Below the pieces are notes generated by a model. That model saw nothing but the letters and a program-made list of their open reading frames with translations. It was not told the origin of the DNA and searched no databases. DNA of 63,863 bases, filler included, from Welwitschia mirabilis (lineage: Eukaryota): the NCBI GenBank assembly GCA_051453625.1. It is 4 parts of one record of this genome, joined end to end, with 100 filler letters (N's around TTAATTAATTAA, not from the genome) between each part and the next. Parts side by side here need not be neighbours in the genome. Positions count along the whole stretch, not along the records: positions 1 to 21,646 come from JBOZIK010000001.1; 3 more parts are not named here. One strand, 5' to 3'. The stretch's first letter is position 1; each line of letters opens with the position of its first letter. A program made the translations under genes and the position numbers. This document shows, piece after piece, positions 1-13,415 of this stretch.

Positions 1-3000
1 AAAGATTGTCTTTCATGGCTTTTGTGCCATTACTTAAAAATGTACCCACTACATTAATGTCCAATGATTTAGATATGATTAATAAAGAAGAATATGTGAT
101 AGAAGAAACTTATCAAGAGTTTATGATAAGTGTGAAAAGCTAAATAATAGAATAAATGAGTTAAATAAAAGAGTGAAGATTATTACTAAAGAAAAGAAGG
201 AAGTAGAAGAGAAATATAATGTGTTCAAATTTGACAACATCAAGCTAACTTCTCAAGTAAAAGATCTTTCTTCCTTTGTAAATAAATTTTTTGGTAGCTC
301 TTCTAAATTGGAACAGATGCTTAGAATACAAAAGGCCACTGGAGATAAATCAGGTATTGGCTTTAGTACATAAAAATAAAAAAAATAGGTAAACCAGATA
401 AGTAAGTATGTGCCTAATCTTTTGTGTAATTTTTGTGATAAATTTGATCATTCAAAACCTTTTTGCAAAGTTAGATAATTAATGCTTTTCTCTGGAAATA
501 TAAACACATTACCTTTTAAATTTGTTCCTAAAAGAAATGTACCACCTAAGTCAAATAAGGCTAAGTGGGTTAAAGCTAATAATCTTTAAAGTTTTTTGAC
601 ATAGATAGATTTTAGAGAACCACATATGAATAATTGGTATCTAGACAATGGTTGNNNNNNNNNNNNNNNNNNNNNNNNNNNNNNNNNNNNNNNNNNNNNN
701 NNNNNNNNNNNNNNNNNNNNNATCTTTGAAAACAATGAAACAACAAAAATAGCAGGTACAAGATGCATCAAGAGAGGTATGTTACTTAAAATTGATAATG
801 TGCTTTATGATAATGGTTTAAAACATAATTTATTAAGTGTAAGTTAACTTTATGACAAAGGGCATAGATTAATTTTTGAAAAATCGAAATGTACTATTGT
901 GGACGAGAAAACGAATGCTTCTACTTTTTTTGCAAAATGTATGGATAATACTTATAGATTAGATGTTAATTTATTTAATTGAATATTGCATGTAAACCAA
1001 GATAGTAAGAGAAATTTTGATAAAACTAAATGTTATTTTGTAAATTCTGATGAAATACCTAGTGTTTATAATTAATTTGATAATCATGAAAATGATCTAG
1101 AAGTTAAGTCACTATCCCTTAGCTAATTGCAGGGCAGTCAACTGGATCTATGATTCAATTAACTAGATGTGGTCAATTGACCAGGCTCTCCTTTTAGTAC
1201 TATAGACCCGTGTCTCGACGGGTTAACTAGAGCTTCAAATGGTTGATCGTACCTAACGAATTATAGTATGGAAGTACAGTTGGTGGACCTGATTTCTTTC
1301 TCAAATTCACCCTATTTCCTTTAGTCTNNNNNNNNNNNNNNNNNNNNNNNNNNNNNNNNNNNNNNNNNNNNNNNNNNNNNNNNNNNNNNNNGTGTTTTTC
1401 TTTTCAGATCTAGAGTTTTTACTTTTAGATCCAGTGTTTCTCTTGGTTCTTTTTCTTTTAAGGGTCTTAAAATGGCTGCAAGTTCTTCTAAGAGAAGAGG
1501 AAAGGAAGCTTCTTCAAGGGAACTATCCTATTTCTACCAAGAAATATCAGAAGAATATACTGACAAGTTTTTTAACAAGTTTGAGAAGAAATCTATTTGT
1601 CAGGAGTGGTCTATAGCTACTTTAGAGCTCAAGGAACTCAAGGAAGTCATTCAGCTCTTAAGAGATCAAGATCTTGACAATTTCTTAGATGTTTTATATC
1701 CAACTTATCCTTTTCTTACTAGGATGTTTTATTGTAATGCTTCTTTTGATCATGATTCCAAGACTTTTGAAACACTTGTTTTGGATAATAAGATGAGAGT
1801 GACAGCAAATCTTATCTCTCAGCTAACTAATCTTCCAAGGACAGACTATAAGTAGTTTTGACCTCTTAAAGATATCATGGAAGATAAGTCTACGATTACC
1901 AGGAAGCTTTGTGGTAGGATGCACTCTTAGAAACACACTTGTCTACCTCTTTGTTGACTCTTTAAATATCATTTAGTTTTTATGTATAACTTTCCACTAT
2001 TAGTTGGGCATCGTGATAAGGTCTCCTATTATCAAGCCTATCTGATGTATTTGGTAGGAACTAAGCATTCCATTGATGCTCCTACCATAATAATAAAGAA
2101 TATGGCCTCACAGCTAGAGTACTATAGAACTAGGGCTTTACACTACTCTATGCTTATCACTAGTATTTATTGTCATTTTCATATTAATATCCATCCTAAG
2201 TTAAAAACCCTTTAGTTGATGTCATCCATTGGGTATGTGACCTTGTCTTGTATGCATATCTTTTCCCCATTTAAGAAATCTCCTTCTAAAACTCTAAAGG
2301 AAGCATTTTCTAATGAGACTCTTTCATATCTAAGATAGATTGACTCTCACACCAGCCACATGAAATAAGCCCTCATTACTGCTAGATATAACATAGTGGA
2401 TACCTCAGCAAAGGCTACTAGTTCAGCCCGCACTGAATGAGATGAGGAAGAAGAAGAGGAAGACTTTAAAGAGGAGAAAGAAGAAGAAGAGAAGGAATCT
2501 AATTAAAATCTTTTTGTCTTGCAGATTATGTTTGGTGTTCTCTCTTTTACTTTTGGGGAGATTTAGTTGTGCTTATGTATTAAATTTTTAGTTGTATACT
2601 CTTGAGGAGAACTTATTTTCTTTATAATCCTTGCATGTTAGTTTTGTAGTGCTTTACTCTAATGCAAATTAGTTATCTATTTTAGCATAATCTTTGTATC
2701 ATTTTGCATCATCTAGTATATCTCATTTTGGTAGTTTGATATTATATGTGCCTATTTTAAAAAGCCTAAAATTATTATAACATTTTAAAATGCACTAAAA
2801 TATTTGTGTTATCTAACTAAATAATGTCCTTGATTATATTATGATTATCATTGTAGTTTCTTAATTTCTAAATTGTGCATAATTACATTGGTNNNNNNNN
2901 NNNNNNNNNNNNNNNNNNNNNNNNNNNNNNNNNNNNNNNNNNNNNNNNNNNNNNNNNNNNNNNNNNNNNNNNNNNNNNNNNNNNNNNNNNNNNNNNNNNN

Positions 3001-3833
3001 NNNNNNNNNNNNNNNNNNNNNNNNNNNNNNNNNNNNNNNNNNNNNNNNNNNNNNNNNNNNNNNNNNNNNNNNNNNNNNNNNNNNNNNNNNNNNNNNNNNN
3101 NNNNNNNNNNNNNNNNNNNNNNNNNNNNNNNNNNNNNNNNNNNNNNNNNNNNNNNNNNNNNNNNNNNNNNNNNNNNNNNNNNNNNNNNNNNNNNNNNNNN
3201 NNNNNNNNNNNNNNNNNNNNNNNNNNNNNNNNNNNNNNNNNNNNNNNNNNNNNNNNNNNNNNNNNNNNNNNNNNNNNNNNNNNNNNNNNNNNNNNNNNNN
3301 NNNNNNNNNNNNNNNNNNNNNNNNNNNNNNNNNNNNNNNNNNNNNNNNNNNNNNNNNNNNNNNNNNNNNNNNNNNNNNNNNNNNNNNNNNNNNNNNNNNN
3401 NNNNNNNNNNNNNNNNNNNNNNNNNNNNNNNNNNNNNNNNNNNNNNNNNNNNNNNNNNNNNNNNNNNNNNNNNNNNNNNNNNNNNNNNNNNNNNNNNNNN
3501 NNNNNNNNNNNNNNNNNNNNNNNNNNNNNNNNNNNNNNNNNNNNNNNNNNNNNNNNNNNNNNNNNNNNNNNNNNNNNNNNNNNNNNNNNNNNNNNNNNNN
3601 TTTGCCATTGATGTCAAAGGGGAAGAAAATGTAGTGTTTTCAAATGCATAAACTAAAAATGGTTTGTTTCAAAAATATTTTATATAACCTTTACTTAATA
3701 TTGTTCATATGACCTTGTGAAAGGCGGAGTTTTTATTATGATAACTTACTTTAAATTTGTTCAGTGAAAGATCTTAAATTTATTTAATCTTGAAATCACT
3801 TATTTGTTTACCATTAATATCAAAGGAGAAGAT

Positions 3834-5227
3834 TATTGGATTATATTTTGCTAATTGATGTTAAACTAATATATCTTGTATAGCAAATGTTTTATGCTTT
3901 TGTGCAAAAGAGTTTTAGTTTTTGCAGGTTAAAAGATAGAATTGAAATATGTATTATAAATCTATTTAGTTAATTCACCCTCTAGAGGGATCAACTGGAT
4001 TCTAAAGGAGTGGACCGCACTTGAAGCTGTCAAAGAAAAATAAACTAAATCTAAAGGGATTGACTGGATTCTGATGGGATTGACTGAACATGTAACTTGG
4101 AGAATCAATATCCTTGAATCAAATGGTAAAGATTTAATTGGATTTTCATGAGGTCAATCAGATTTAAAAACTTGACAGATAGCATTCCCAGACTGAGAGA
4201 TAAGGGGTTGATCAGACCTAAGATAAGGTCGATCGAACCTAAATGGGATCAACCAGACATGGAGACGTAAAAACCTGAGGTGACCAAATTTCTCTCTCAA
4301 GTGACCTATGTAATTTATGGCACCACATGGAGTCGACTGGACTTTTATGGGGTCGACCAGATGGCATGGAAAAGAAATTTTTCTAAATGTTATGTATTTG
4401 TTATCTAGCTACTATGTAGCCATTTTCTAGCCATTTATAGTAGTTGGAGGTGCAATTAAAATGTACTAAATCCTAATACCCTTCCATTATAAATAACTAA
4501 GATATAGATGACTAAGAAATCTTTTGAAACCATTCTTATTCCACTAAATCATTTTGGATCTGAAAGATCAAGTTGTGTATTGATATTACTATTACTATTA
4601 TATCTTGGCTTCTACACATCTGACTAGAGGAGATCTATTATTGGCACATGTATTACATTCAAAGTCATATTTAGAGCATCATTGTTGTACTTCTATAGAA
4701 GGAGAGCTCCATCTATTATACTATTTCAAGACTAGTGATATTTGTGCTATTGATGCATCACTACATTACTATCATTATTTTCTATAGGTTGAGACTAAGC
4801 CTTAAAAAGTCTATGTTATACGTGAGATTAAGCCTTCAAAAGTCTATGCTATAGGTTGAGACTAAGGCTTCAAAAGTTCATTGTGAAGGTTGAAACTTAG
4901 CCTTGAAAAGTTCACTTGTAAAGGTTATAGGTAAATTTAGAATACCTGGTGGAGTAACAAAGATCTGAGATCCAGCTTGGGAGAAGCTGATCATTGAGAG
5001 TGGAGTAGGGGAGTTCCTAAACCACTATANNNNNNNNNNNNNNNNNNNNNNNNNTTTGTGCTTTTTGTTTTTGATTCTTTACTTTCAGTTTCTTATTATT
5101 TTGTGCATATTTTAGATTAATTTATTTTCATATGCAAGTTGTATATTAAATATATTCTTTTCAATTTTAATTGTTAAGTTTTTAAAAGAACCTATTCATC
5201 CCCCTTTTAAGATTCTCAATCCTATCA
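3834..5227 (+). repeat. 3' LTR (~1.4 kb) of the Sirevirus-like element
   Basis: Follows PPT caaaggagaagat. Contains GTCGAC-derived motif repeats (3987-4361), TATAAATA near 4488, and U5 end CTATTCATCCCCCT...ATCCTATCA typical of SIRE LTRs. Confidence 0.7.
4783..4926 (+). repeat. ~33-35 bp tandem repeat, about 4 copies, inside LTR
   Basis: ataggttgagactaagccttaaaaagtctatgtt / atacgtgagattaagccttcaaaagtctatgct / ataggttgagactaaggcttcaaaagttcattgt / gaaggttgaaacttagccttgaaaagttcacttgt. Confidence 0.85.
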
Positions 5228-5761
5228 TCATTCACCTGTGTTGCCTAGATGACTAAGGGGATAATGGAATAAAACCCTAAAAATTTTAACAAAAAACTAA
5301 AATAGAAAACTGAAACAGAAAACTCATGACATAGAGACCATTGTCACTACACGTCATCTGGATGATGAAGCGAACGATGAAATTTTATTGCAGAATAGAA
5401 AAATAAACTTTAATTTCAAAAATAAAAAACTGACTCTACAAAAATGGAAAACCTACACTATTACAGATACTATTATACTTTTGTTGCAGTAAGCATCCTA
5501 ACTGAAATACTTCTCAAAGCAATGACAACTCTTAAACTTTCAAGCAGCCTTCCCCGACAATGGCACTAATATGTTGTGGTGTGTATTTATGTAACATTTT
5601 TATCCTAATTATAATCTTATTAATCACAAATAATAATGCATAAAAGTAACACACTAATATAGATGGGAGTTGACCCAAATGTTATAATCCATCAAAAGCC
5701 AAAGTAGAAAATAAGAAAGTTGCATTCAAAAGAGAAAAATAAGTAACCTACTCTAAAAAAA
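5228..5761 (-). mobile_element. Athila-like Gypsy 5' remnant (LTR end, PBS, leader)
   Basis: Minus-strand TAGTGCCATTGTCGGGGA (5551-5568) is the Athila-type PBS TGGCGCCGTTGCCGGGGA with four transitions. The adjacent LTR terminus TGTTGTGGTG at 5572 resembles the terminus at 56738. Confidence 0.6.
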
Positions 5762-8319
5762 NNNNNNNNNNNNNNNNNNNNNNNNNNNNNNNNNNNNNNN
5801 NNNNNNNNNNNNNNNNNNNNNNNNNNNNNNNNNNNNNNNNNNNNNNNNNNNNNNNNNNNNNNNNNNNNNNNNNNNNNNNNNNNNNNNNNNNNNNNNNNNN
5901 NNNNNNNNNNNNNNNNNNNNNNNNNNNNNNNNNNNNNNNNNNNNNNNNNNNNNNNNNNNNNNNNNNNNNNNNNNNNNNNNNNNNNNNNNNNNNNNNNNNN
6001 NNNNNNNNNNNNNNNNNNNNNNCCCAATACCAAGGAAACATCTCTCTAGAACTAAAGATGGTTCTCCTGCTATTCAGTCTCCTGTCATAAGAATTTCGGG
6101 TGTAAATGAAGACAAGGAGGAGTTAAAAAGGAGATCTTTACTTATTAACTAAAGACACAAAATGGTATAGACAGAAAGGCATGGGTAAACTGTAACGACC
6201 ATACAAAGGGAAATGGAAATACAAGTGATGAAAGTTTAGTGAATGTTCAGTATGAGCATTATAATAGTTTCATCTAGCTAGTCATCCAGATGATAGAGAA
6301 GACAATGCCACCTCATAATCGATCCACATCAGCTGCCAATCAATCCTTAGTTAGCATCTACATGGCATGATCATTCGGACTATCATTCAAATGGTGAGGT
6401 GGATGATGGCCTTTAATAATTCTTCAGTCATTGCATTAGCCTTGATGTTTACAAGAAGTTATCATTAGAAATACAAAGTATTCATATTTACTCAGAATGC
6501 TTGTGAATTATCATCGAGATTGCATATTTCCATTTTTTTTATCCTAGCTCTCCACTATCACAGAAACTAATCATATACCTGTTTATTTACTTATAAAACA
6601 ACTTAGAATACCCTATCAAATATGCATAAGTTGGCAGTGCAATAGCATATATATCTCATTATGTTGTAGGTACAAAATATCATTTCACATGAGGATGAGG
6701 GATAAGGTTAATGTGGCAAAAATAAAATAACTACTCTAACCATAAACCTATTCTTTTAGAGCAAAAAAGAGAAATGGAAAAATAAAAAAGGCTAAAGGGT
6801 ATAAGAAGGAGATCACCACAAATAGTAAGGATCTTTTAGCAAAAAGGCTTTAGAAATAGAACTAAGTAAAGAAACAAATAAAAACTTTAAACATCTTGAA
6901 AAGGGCTTAGTAGCATCTCCAATGTTCTAGTATTACCTGCAAAGGAAGATATAAACTTATCAATACATTTCTGTGTAATGTTTTAGTATTTTAATATAAA
7001 GCTAAAAAGATAATATTTTTGAGTATGGTGAACATGTTTTATTACTTGAAAAAGTAATATTCTCTTTTACTTAGTCTTGTTCGTGTAATTAAACATGAAT
7101 TAGGATAATTAGAAATACTTAAAAATGTGTATTGTTTAGCATTTAATTAAACTTATATTATGTTTTTGTTCTATTTTCTTTATTCCCCATAGTTTAATAT
7201 ATGTATATAGTAAAATTATCAATTATCAATCTAACTAGTTCAAATAACTTCATCATGAGTTTATGTTGATGATGAATTTTGAATTAGATGATTGAAGTAT
7301 TAGTGATATCAATTAGTTTTTTAAGTAAACTTTTTATTTTTATTTAATGGTTTAAACTTATTTCAAGTTAATAGAATCATAGTTTTCTACAATTATAGCA
7401 TAGTTTCTTAATATTTTTTGCATTTATTTCACAACATAAGCTTTCATCACTAAATAAAAATTGAAAAGAGAAAGGAACCTAATTTCTAGTTTTAATAACA
7501 TTCTTCAATGTCAAGTTTTTTTCTTTTAAGTAAATATTTCATGTAGTGCTCTTTTTTATTCATAAAAGTAGGTGAAAAAAGAAGAAGAAGAAGAATTTAT
7601 TAGTATGAAGACTATGTAAGAAAGAAATACTTTATAAATGATTATAAATAAAAGCAGAAAGATTGTCTTACCATACTTTTAAAATTAATTTTTTCTTTAT
7701 CCTCTTTAGTTCTTGTAATAAATTTAACTAAACCTTCCTTCATAGTTTTCCTAATGAAACACTTTTTTATATTTTACTTTAACATCATTTTACATGATCA
7801 CAAAATATTGAACAAACTTCTTTACATCCAAGTAATAAAAATCTTTTATATTACATGAACTAAAAAAAGTATGTTATATCAATAATGGATGAGGTAATTA
7901 CTCAAATCACATGAAGTGTAAAGTCTAGGCCAAGTTTATTATAGTAGTGATAATCCCCAAGTTTATACAAAAATTTAATCAACAATAAAGAGAAAACAAA
8001 ATTTAAATGCAAGCAAAAGAAAAGAAAAACTAGATAGACAATAGTACACAAGTAAAAAATCTTAAAATCAAGTTACTCACCTACTCAATGAGAACCAGCC
8101 TTCTAATATTAAGTTCTTTCATGATAATGACACCAAAATGATCATCTCTCAAGTGTGCAATTACACTTATAATCGTAGCACATGGCATATGCCTATATAG
8201 CGTGAAATCCAAATGTTATAAACTAGTGAAGTAAATATAAGAATATTGAAAGACCAATCCATTTTAAAGAAAAGAGCATATTAATATTTTTGGTACTCTG
8301 AATACTTAATGAAAAAAAT

Positions 8320-8760
8320 TAGTAATGCAAATGATGTAATAGAATGCAATGCATGGAAATAAGCATGCAATGGAATGGAAATGTAATGTCCTAAACACAA
8401 TTAATTAATAGATTTACTAATTTATTGTAATCTAAGTAAATCTTTACCATATACATCAATATCAGATCCAAACTAGAATAGTATTAGATTGACATTAACA
8501 TAGAGTATAAGGAAGATAAAGAGAGAAAATGTGAAAAAAAGCACACTTGATTTTATTATCAATTGCACTTTTAATTACATCGAATTACAAATAGAAGTCC
8601 ATAAATGAAGGAAACATGAACTAATACCAAGGAGAACTTATCTTATAGGTAGATGGATCCTTTAACCAAAATGCTTTAACATCATAACCTACTTTAATGC
8701 AAAAACAAATGAGGACATGGGATGCCTGAGGGGGCTTATACAGGTTTTGGTAGGTGGTTA
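8320..8760 (-). repeat. LTR fragment related to the Athila-like LTR at 56738-57967
   Basis: Colinear similarity with 56960-57390: AATGC/GGAAT-rich block, tacatcaat, tataaggaaga, tacatc.aattacaa, g/aggg.cttat...aggtt. Confidence 0.55.
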
Positions 8761-9099
8761 CAATTGTTAAGTAATAAACAAAAACTAAATTGTACACTAA
8801 AAAACATCTTAGAATCCAATGGTAGATGGAGTTTAATGACATGTCATTGTATTCTTTCTTCATTCAATTAGCATTTGGAATTCTTGGAATTTGCTGGTAG
8901 GTAAAATCTAATGATAGCTTTTCATATACTTTCCTTATCTAAAAGAACATGTGGATGACCTCCTAAAATCTCTCATTTTTTATCCAAATTATGCTTGATT
9001 CTTTGTCTTTCATTCTTAACATAAATAAGAATTAACGATTATTAAAAGTATCAAAAGTACTTGAAATAAAACTTAAAATCATCATTAAATATGGTCAAC

Positions 9100-11014
9100 T
9101 TGTGTGCATCTCAATGAATTTCATCCAAAAATAATAGACTTAGTTGGAAAGATAGAAGCCTCATCAGTAATGGTATATGAATTTGTAATCAGAATTGAAA
9201 ATTTTGATAAAGATAAATATGTATAAAGACAACTTGATCAAAAAAATTTAAAAAATAAGGATAGAATGGATCAATGAATGAAAGATGTTGAGTTTCAAGA
9301 AGATGACCTAGCAATAATACACAATTAAAAGGATAGATTCCAATAAGAAATTACAGTAATTTAAAGCATAGTAAGATTGGATTATATAAGATTTTCAAAA
9401 ACATCTCTTCAAATGCATACCAATTAGAACTGCCTAAAGACATTAGACTTTCTTTAAATTTTACTATTATAGATCTAACAAAGTATTATGATAACATGAA
9501 TGGTGATAACAAATGGGTGGATAAATTATTTAAGATGAATAAATTCAAAGAAAAAGTCTATGAGTGATCTATTATTTTGAATCACTGAGAAAAGTCTACA
9601 AGATGGAAGCACTGCAAGAAATACTTAGTTGACATGCTAGAGTAATAAGAGAATACACAATCTAGATATTAGAAAAAGAATATTTATAATTGGGATGTGA
9701 CATAAAATAGTAACATAGCTCATGTGATAGTTCATCTTTAAATGGGAAATGATGATGCAAAAACACCTGTGTCTAAAATAATAAATTATTTAAGACCATT
9801 TTATGTATAACCAAGTTATAGATTTTATTTTATGGGCTAATTAGTGGAATCTTAGGCTCCAACTAGCTATAACATGTTAGATTCTAATAGCTACAAAATA
9901 ATGATAGATCATTGAAGATTTGTCCAAATTAGTGAAGATATCTTTTTAGGTATTTTTAGAAATGGAATTTTGTAATCATTAGGCATTATATTAGAACGTT
10001 ATAAGAAGCCTAAATTATATTTCTAAATTTATAATACCCTCCTACATGGCCTATAAATTATAGCGCATAACAAACATTTACATAACATGTTGATAAGAAT
10101 TTCATTTAAAGTTGAAAGTTTGTGATAAAAAGGTATTTCAAAGAAGCTCATACTTTAGCACACTTTTTTTCTTTTCTTTTTTTTCCTTTTTTTAAATAGA
10201 TAATAGGGTAGGTAATTTTGCATTACACAAATTCCCAGTGGTGCTTGGGATTACATAATCTTTTTCATTTATATTCCTCATCGATAGTGAGTAGGTAATT
10301 TTATGCCATACAAATGCCCAATGGAACCTAGGCTTATGGAATCTGTTCTATTTATATTCCCTGCCATTATTGTGGTTTGAACTTTGGACCTCTAGGTCCA
10401 TGTGTCTATGAACTTACCACTCTTGTAGATAGTCATTAACAAAGGATTTCTTAATTTCATGATAGGGATTCGAACCACTGATCTAGTACTATACTATTTC
10501 ACTTGATAACCAATACAACCCAAACCTTCATGCTGCTTTAGCACATATTATAAGCTTGTATTATAGGTAATATTTCTTATTAATATAAATTCCATTTATT
10601 ATTTACTTCTAAAAAAATTATTTTTATAAGTCTAATATTACATTCCCTAAGCTAGATATTGAGTTTTTAATATGTGACTCTACATTGTTTGTAGTCAAAA
10701 AGTGATATATCTTGGTATATAATAAAGATAAAATTGATTCTATTACCTATAATGTTTCAAAAATTACTCTGTCTAAATATTCCTTTATGTTTATGCTTAA
10801 ATATCTATTTTACCGAAGATCTCTTCTAAGATGAGATCTTGATTTTTTTCTTCTATGATTTATTATAGATAAAAGCTTATGCTTATGACATGCTCATAAT
10901 TTTGAAGACAACGGAGTCATTTTATTCTATTTTTCTAAAATGTTTATAAGATTTCTCTAAAATGCTAAAAAATAAGAATTATCTAAATTAAAATATAATT
11001 TAGTAATTACATCA
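9100..11014 (+). mobile_element. CRM/chromovirus-like Gypsy remnant: integrase C-terminus, PPT and 3' LTR
   Basis: Decayed DVEFQEDDL...KIGLYKIFKNISSNAYQLELPKDI (GPY/F motif), then KYLV chromodomain-like remnant. Purine tract followed by TGATG at 9753; possible CATCA end at 11014 (uncertain). Confidence 0.6.
10163..10535 (-). mobile_element. Dimeric tRNA-derived SINE with target-site duplication
   Basis: TSD CTTTAGCACA at 10153-10162 and 10536-10545. T-rich tract 10164-10193 is the poly(A) tail on the minus strand. Head has B-box GGTTCGAATCCC (10465-10476) and an A-box-like element; a second tRNA-like unit has AGTGGTAAG...GTTCAAACC (~10370-10422). Confidence 0.8.
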
Positions 11015-11770
11015 TCAATATTACATAACTTTAGAATAATATAACCTGGTTTCTTTTAGTGCTAGTTATTTTAAAATCTAATAAATTTTTAATAATTTTA
11101 TTTTATGATACTGTGGTGATCACATCAACTTCTTCTTAGCAAAAACCAAAACTGAGTTATCTAAAGAGAATTTTCGTCAAAACAAATGAACTATATTCAT
11201 TATACAATAGACCAAAATTAAATCAAAAGTTTTTCCTTTTTTTGCTTTTATAAAGTAGCTACATGGGAAACTAAAAGAATAAACTAGGAGGATGCTTCTA
11301 GGATTTGTATTTATAGAATTCTTACATAATAAGAGGGGTGTCCATCACATAGATTTAGCATGTATTCCACATGTGAAATCAATTCTTATTCCATTTTGAT
11401 CACAAATTTTACTCTAGTATGTCTTCTACATGTTGGCAATCATTACAGAGGCATCAAGCAATTTCAACTAAGGTTTCTTAAAAAGGATTTTAGTGATTGA
11501 TACAATTTTAGCATTTCTTCAACATGCCTTTAACAGACTTCTTGGTAGTGCTAATGATGCAAAAACCTAAAAGGGCATCATAGTAATGCTTAGACGTCAT
11601 ACCGATTTCTCTAGTTCTAAGAGGAGGTTTTTTAAGAAATGATAAATGGATATATTATATTAGCATAATAGGTAAGAAAAGATACAACATAGCTTAAAAG
11701 CTATTTTTCCAAGTATGATAAAAATCTCTCTGATAGCCAAATCCCCAGACATTATTAGTCTATTTTAATA

Positions 11771-12002
11771 TGATATAGTGGAAATGAATTACGTACCATC
11801 TAAATTTCATTTGTAATAGTTATCACTTGTTATTATGTGTGGTTTAATCCACATTTTATGAGTCTATGTATAGTCTGCATTATTTTTTAAATTTAGATTT
11901 ATTAATGGACAATAATGAGCTGCAATTCATGCTAATCTTCTGACTCCATTATTCTTTCTACTTAGCCTTATTGTGCATTATAATATCAATTGGTATCAAA
12001 GC
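11771..12002 (+). mobile_element. Putative short LTR plus tRNA-Met PBS
   Basis: TGATAT (11771)...ATATCA (11988) terminal inverted repeat, followed by TGGTATCAAAGC (11991-12002). Confidence 0.5.
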
Positions 12003-13415
12003 AAAAGTTGGGAAGTGTAGGCTTTGACTTCACTTTTGCACCCTTCTTACTATTGAAAAACTTAAAAAGAGAAAGATAAAGGGTCTACTTACAAGGTTTT
12101 ATCTAGTTATCTTTCCTCTTTAGAAAATCCTATTGCAGATCAAATGCACCTCTAACCATTTGCCTTATAATTATCTAAGTCTGGAAAGGCTCTGTAGTAA
12201 GAACATTAATCTTACATCTTATATTTTTTTCATTTTTGAAGCTCAAATTGGTCTAGTTGAAGGTTTAAAGGTGCAAGAACTAGGGGATTCACTTAAGCTA
12301 CAAAACAACATAGTTTTAAACATTTATGATCATAGCAAAAGAAAGTTTGGAAATAAGCTTAGCGTCATCTAACTTCTTTATGTAGGAACACAGAGTGGAA
12401 TCATTGCTACAAGAAATGATCAAGACGATATCTAGAATAGCATAGTTGCAGGGCTTAGAATAGGCACACTTTTCTAAGTCATCACTACACTTTGATCGGT
12501 AGTCATTGCTAGTGCAATCAATAGTGCTATAGTCCATACTCCTCCATCTTTCAGAGATAGTTCATGGATCTTTAATTAAATTTCTAAGATTTATGGTTTT
12601 TGGAGGAGTTCTTCTAGTGTTGATCTAGGCTACTAAAATCATGCTTAATAGGGTTTCTAAGTAATAAAATCTTACCCAACAAGAACACGTCCTTAGTAAT
12701 CTGCAACTATACACAATTGATAAAATTTATTGCACTTGGGATTTGCTAAGTTTCTATGAACATAGGAAGTAAAGGACTTGAAACGCTATCAACAAAGATC
12801 ATAGTGATTCTCATCTATATAAAATATAGTAATTTTTTATCATTATTCATTCACTCCTAGTTCTATCTAACTCTCTACCTGAAGAATGTCATTAAACTGC
12901 TAACAGAAATTGTAGATCACCTCCATTCACCATCACCATCACTTGCATCTACATGTGTGTTTCTACTAGCATCCTAAGCTCTGAAAGCTTCAAATGAAGT
13001 CCCATCTAATGACTCCACTTCATTAGCTCAAGCACCATCAAATAACAATTCTTCGTTAGTGAAAGCATCATCTGATAAGAAGTCTTTAGGACATATTTAG
13101 AGGCTAAATTTAGGTGAATCATCTCTATCATTTATTGAATCTACTTTTTCTTTTTGGAAATTAATAAGGGCATGGTTTTCTCAGTTATAAAGGAGTCTGA
13201 GTAGTTAACATGAAGTGCTTAGGAGAATTGCCTAGCTGTGAGGTTGGGGTTTCAAATCTCAGGAATGACATTTTTTATTTATAGTACTATCATAATAAAA
13301 TTACTTTTTTTGAGTGGTGTGAGGAGATAGGGTCCACATTAAGGAAGGCTAGTATCTATTTTCCTCAAAAATAAGTATTTTAAAGACTTGAAATTATCAA
13401 CTCCCACTAAGTAAA

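Larger units (their letters stand above)
1..5227 (+). mobile_element. Degenerate Sirevirus (SIRE/Maximus)-like Ty1/Copia LTR retrotransposon with env-like ORF and internal deletion of INT/RT
   Basis: Gag coiled coil ending LEQMLRIQKATGDKSGIGF, CxxCxxxxHxxxxC knuckle near 425-466, protease WYLDNG (WYLDSG) and NVLYxxGLKHNLLSVS. Extra ORF 1472-2505 with YPFLTRMFYCN and an acidic tail. Several purine tracts (3616, 3721, 3822) before the 3' LTR. Confidence 0.8.

Noticed and set aside
2873..3651. Long ORFs of 244-258 aa (also 5692-6041 and others rich in X)
   Set aside because: Artefacts of translating N gaps.
10455..10535. tRNA gene
   Set aside because: B-box present but no convincing cloverleaf; flanked by TSD and A-tail, so a SINE head.
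13190..13270. SINE-like A/B-box pair
   Set aside because: B-box degenerate; no tail or TSD found.
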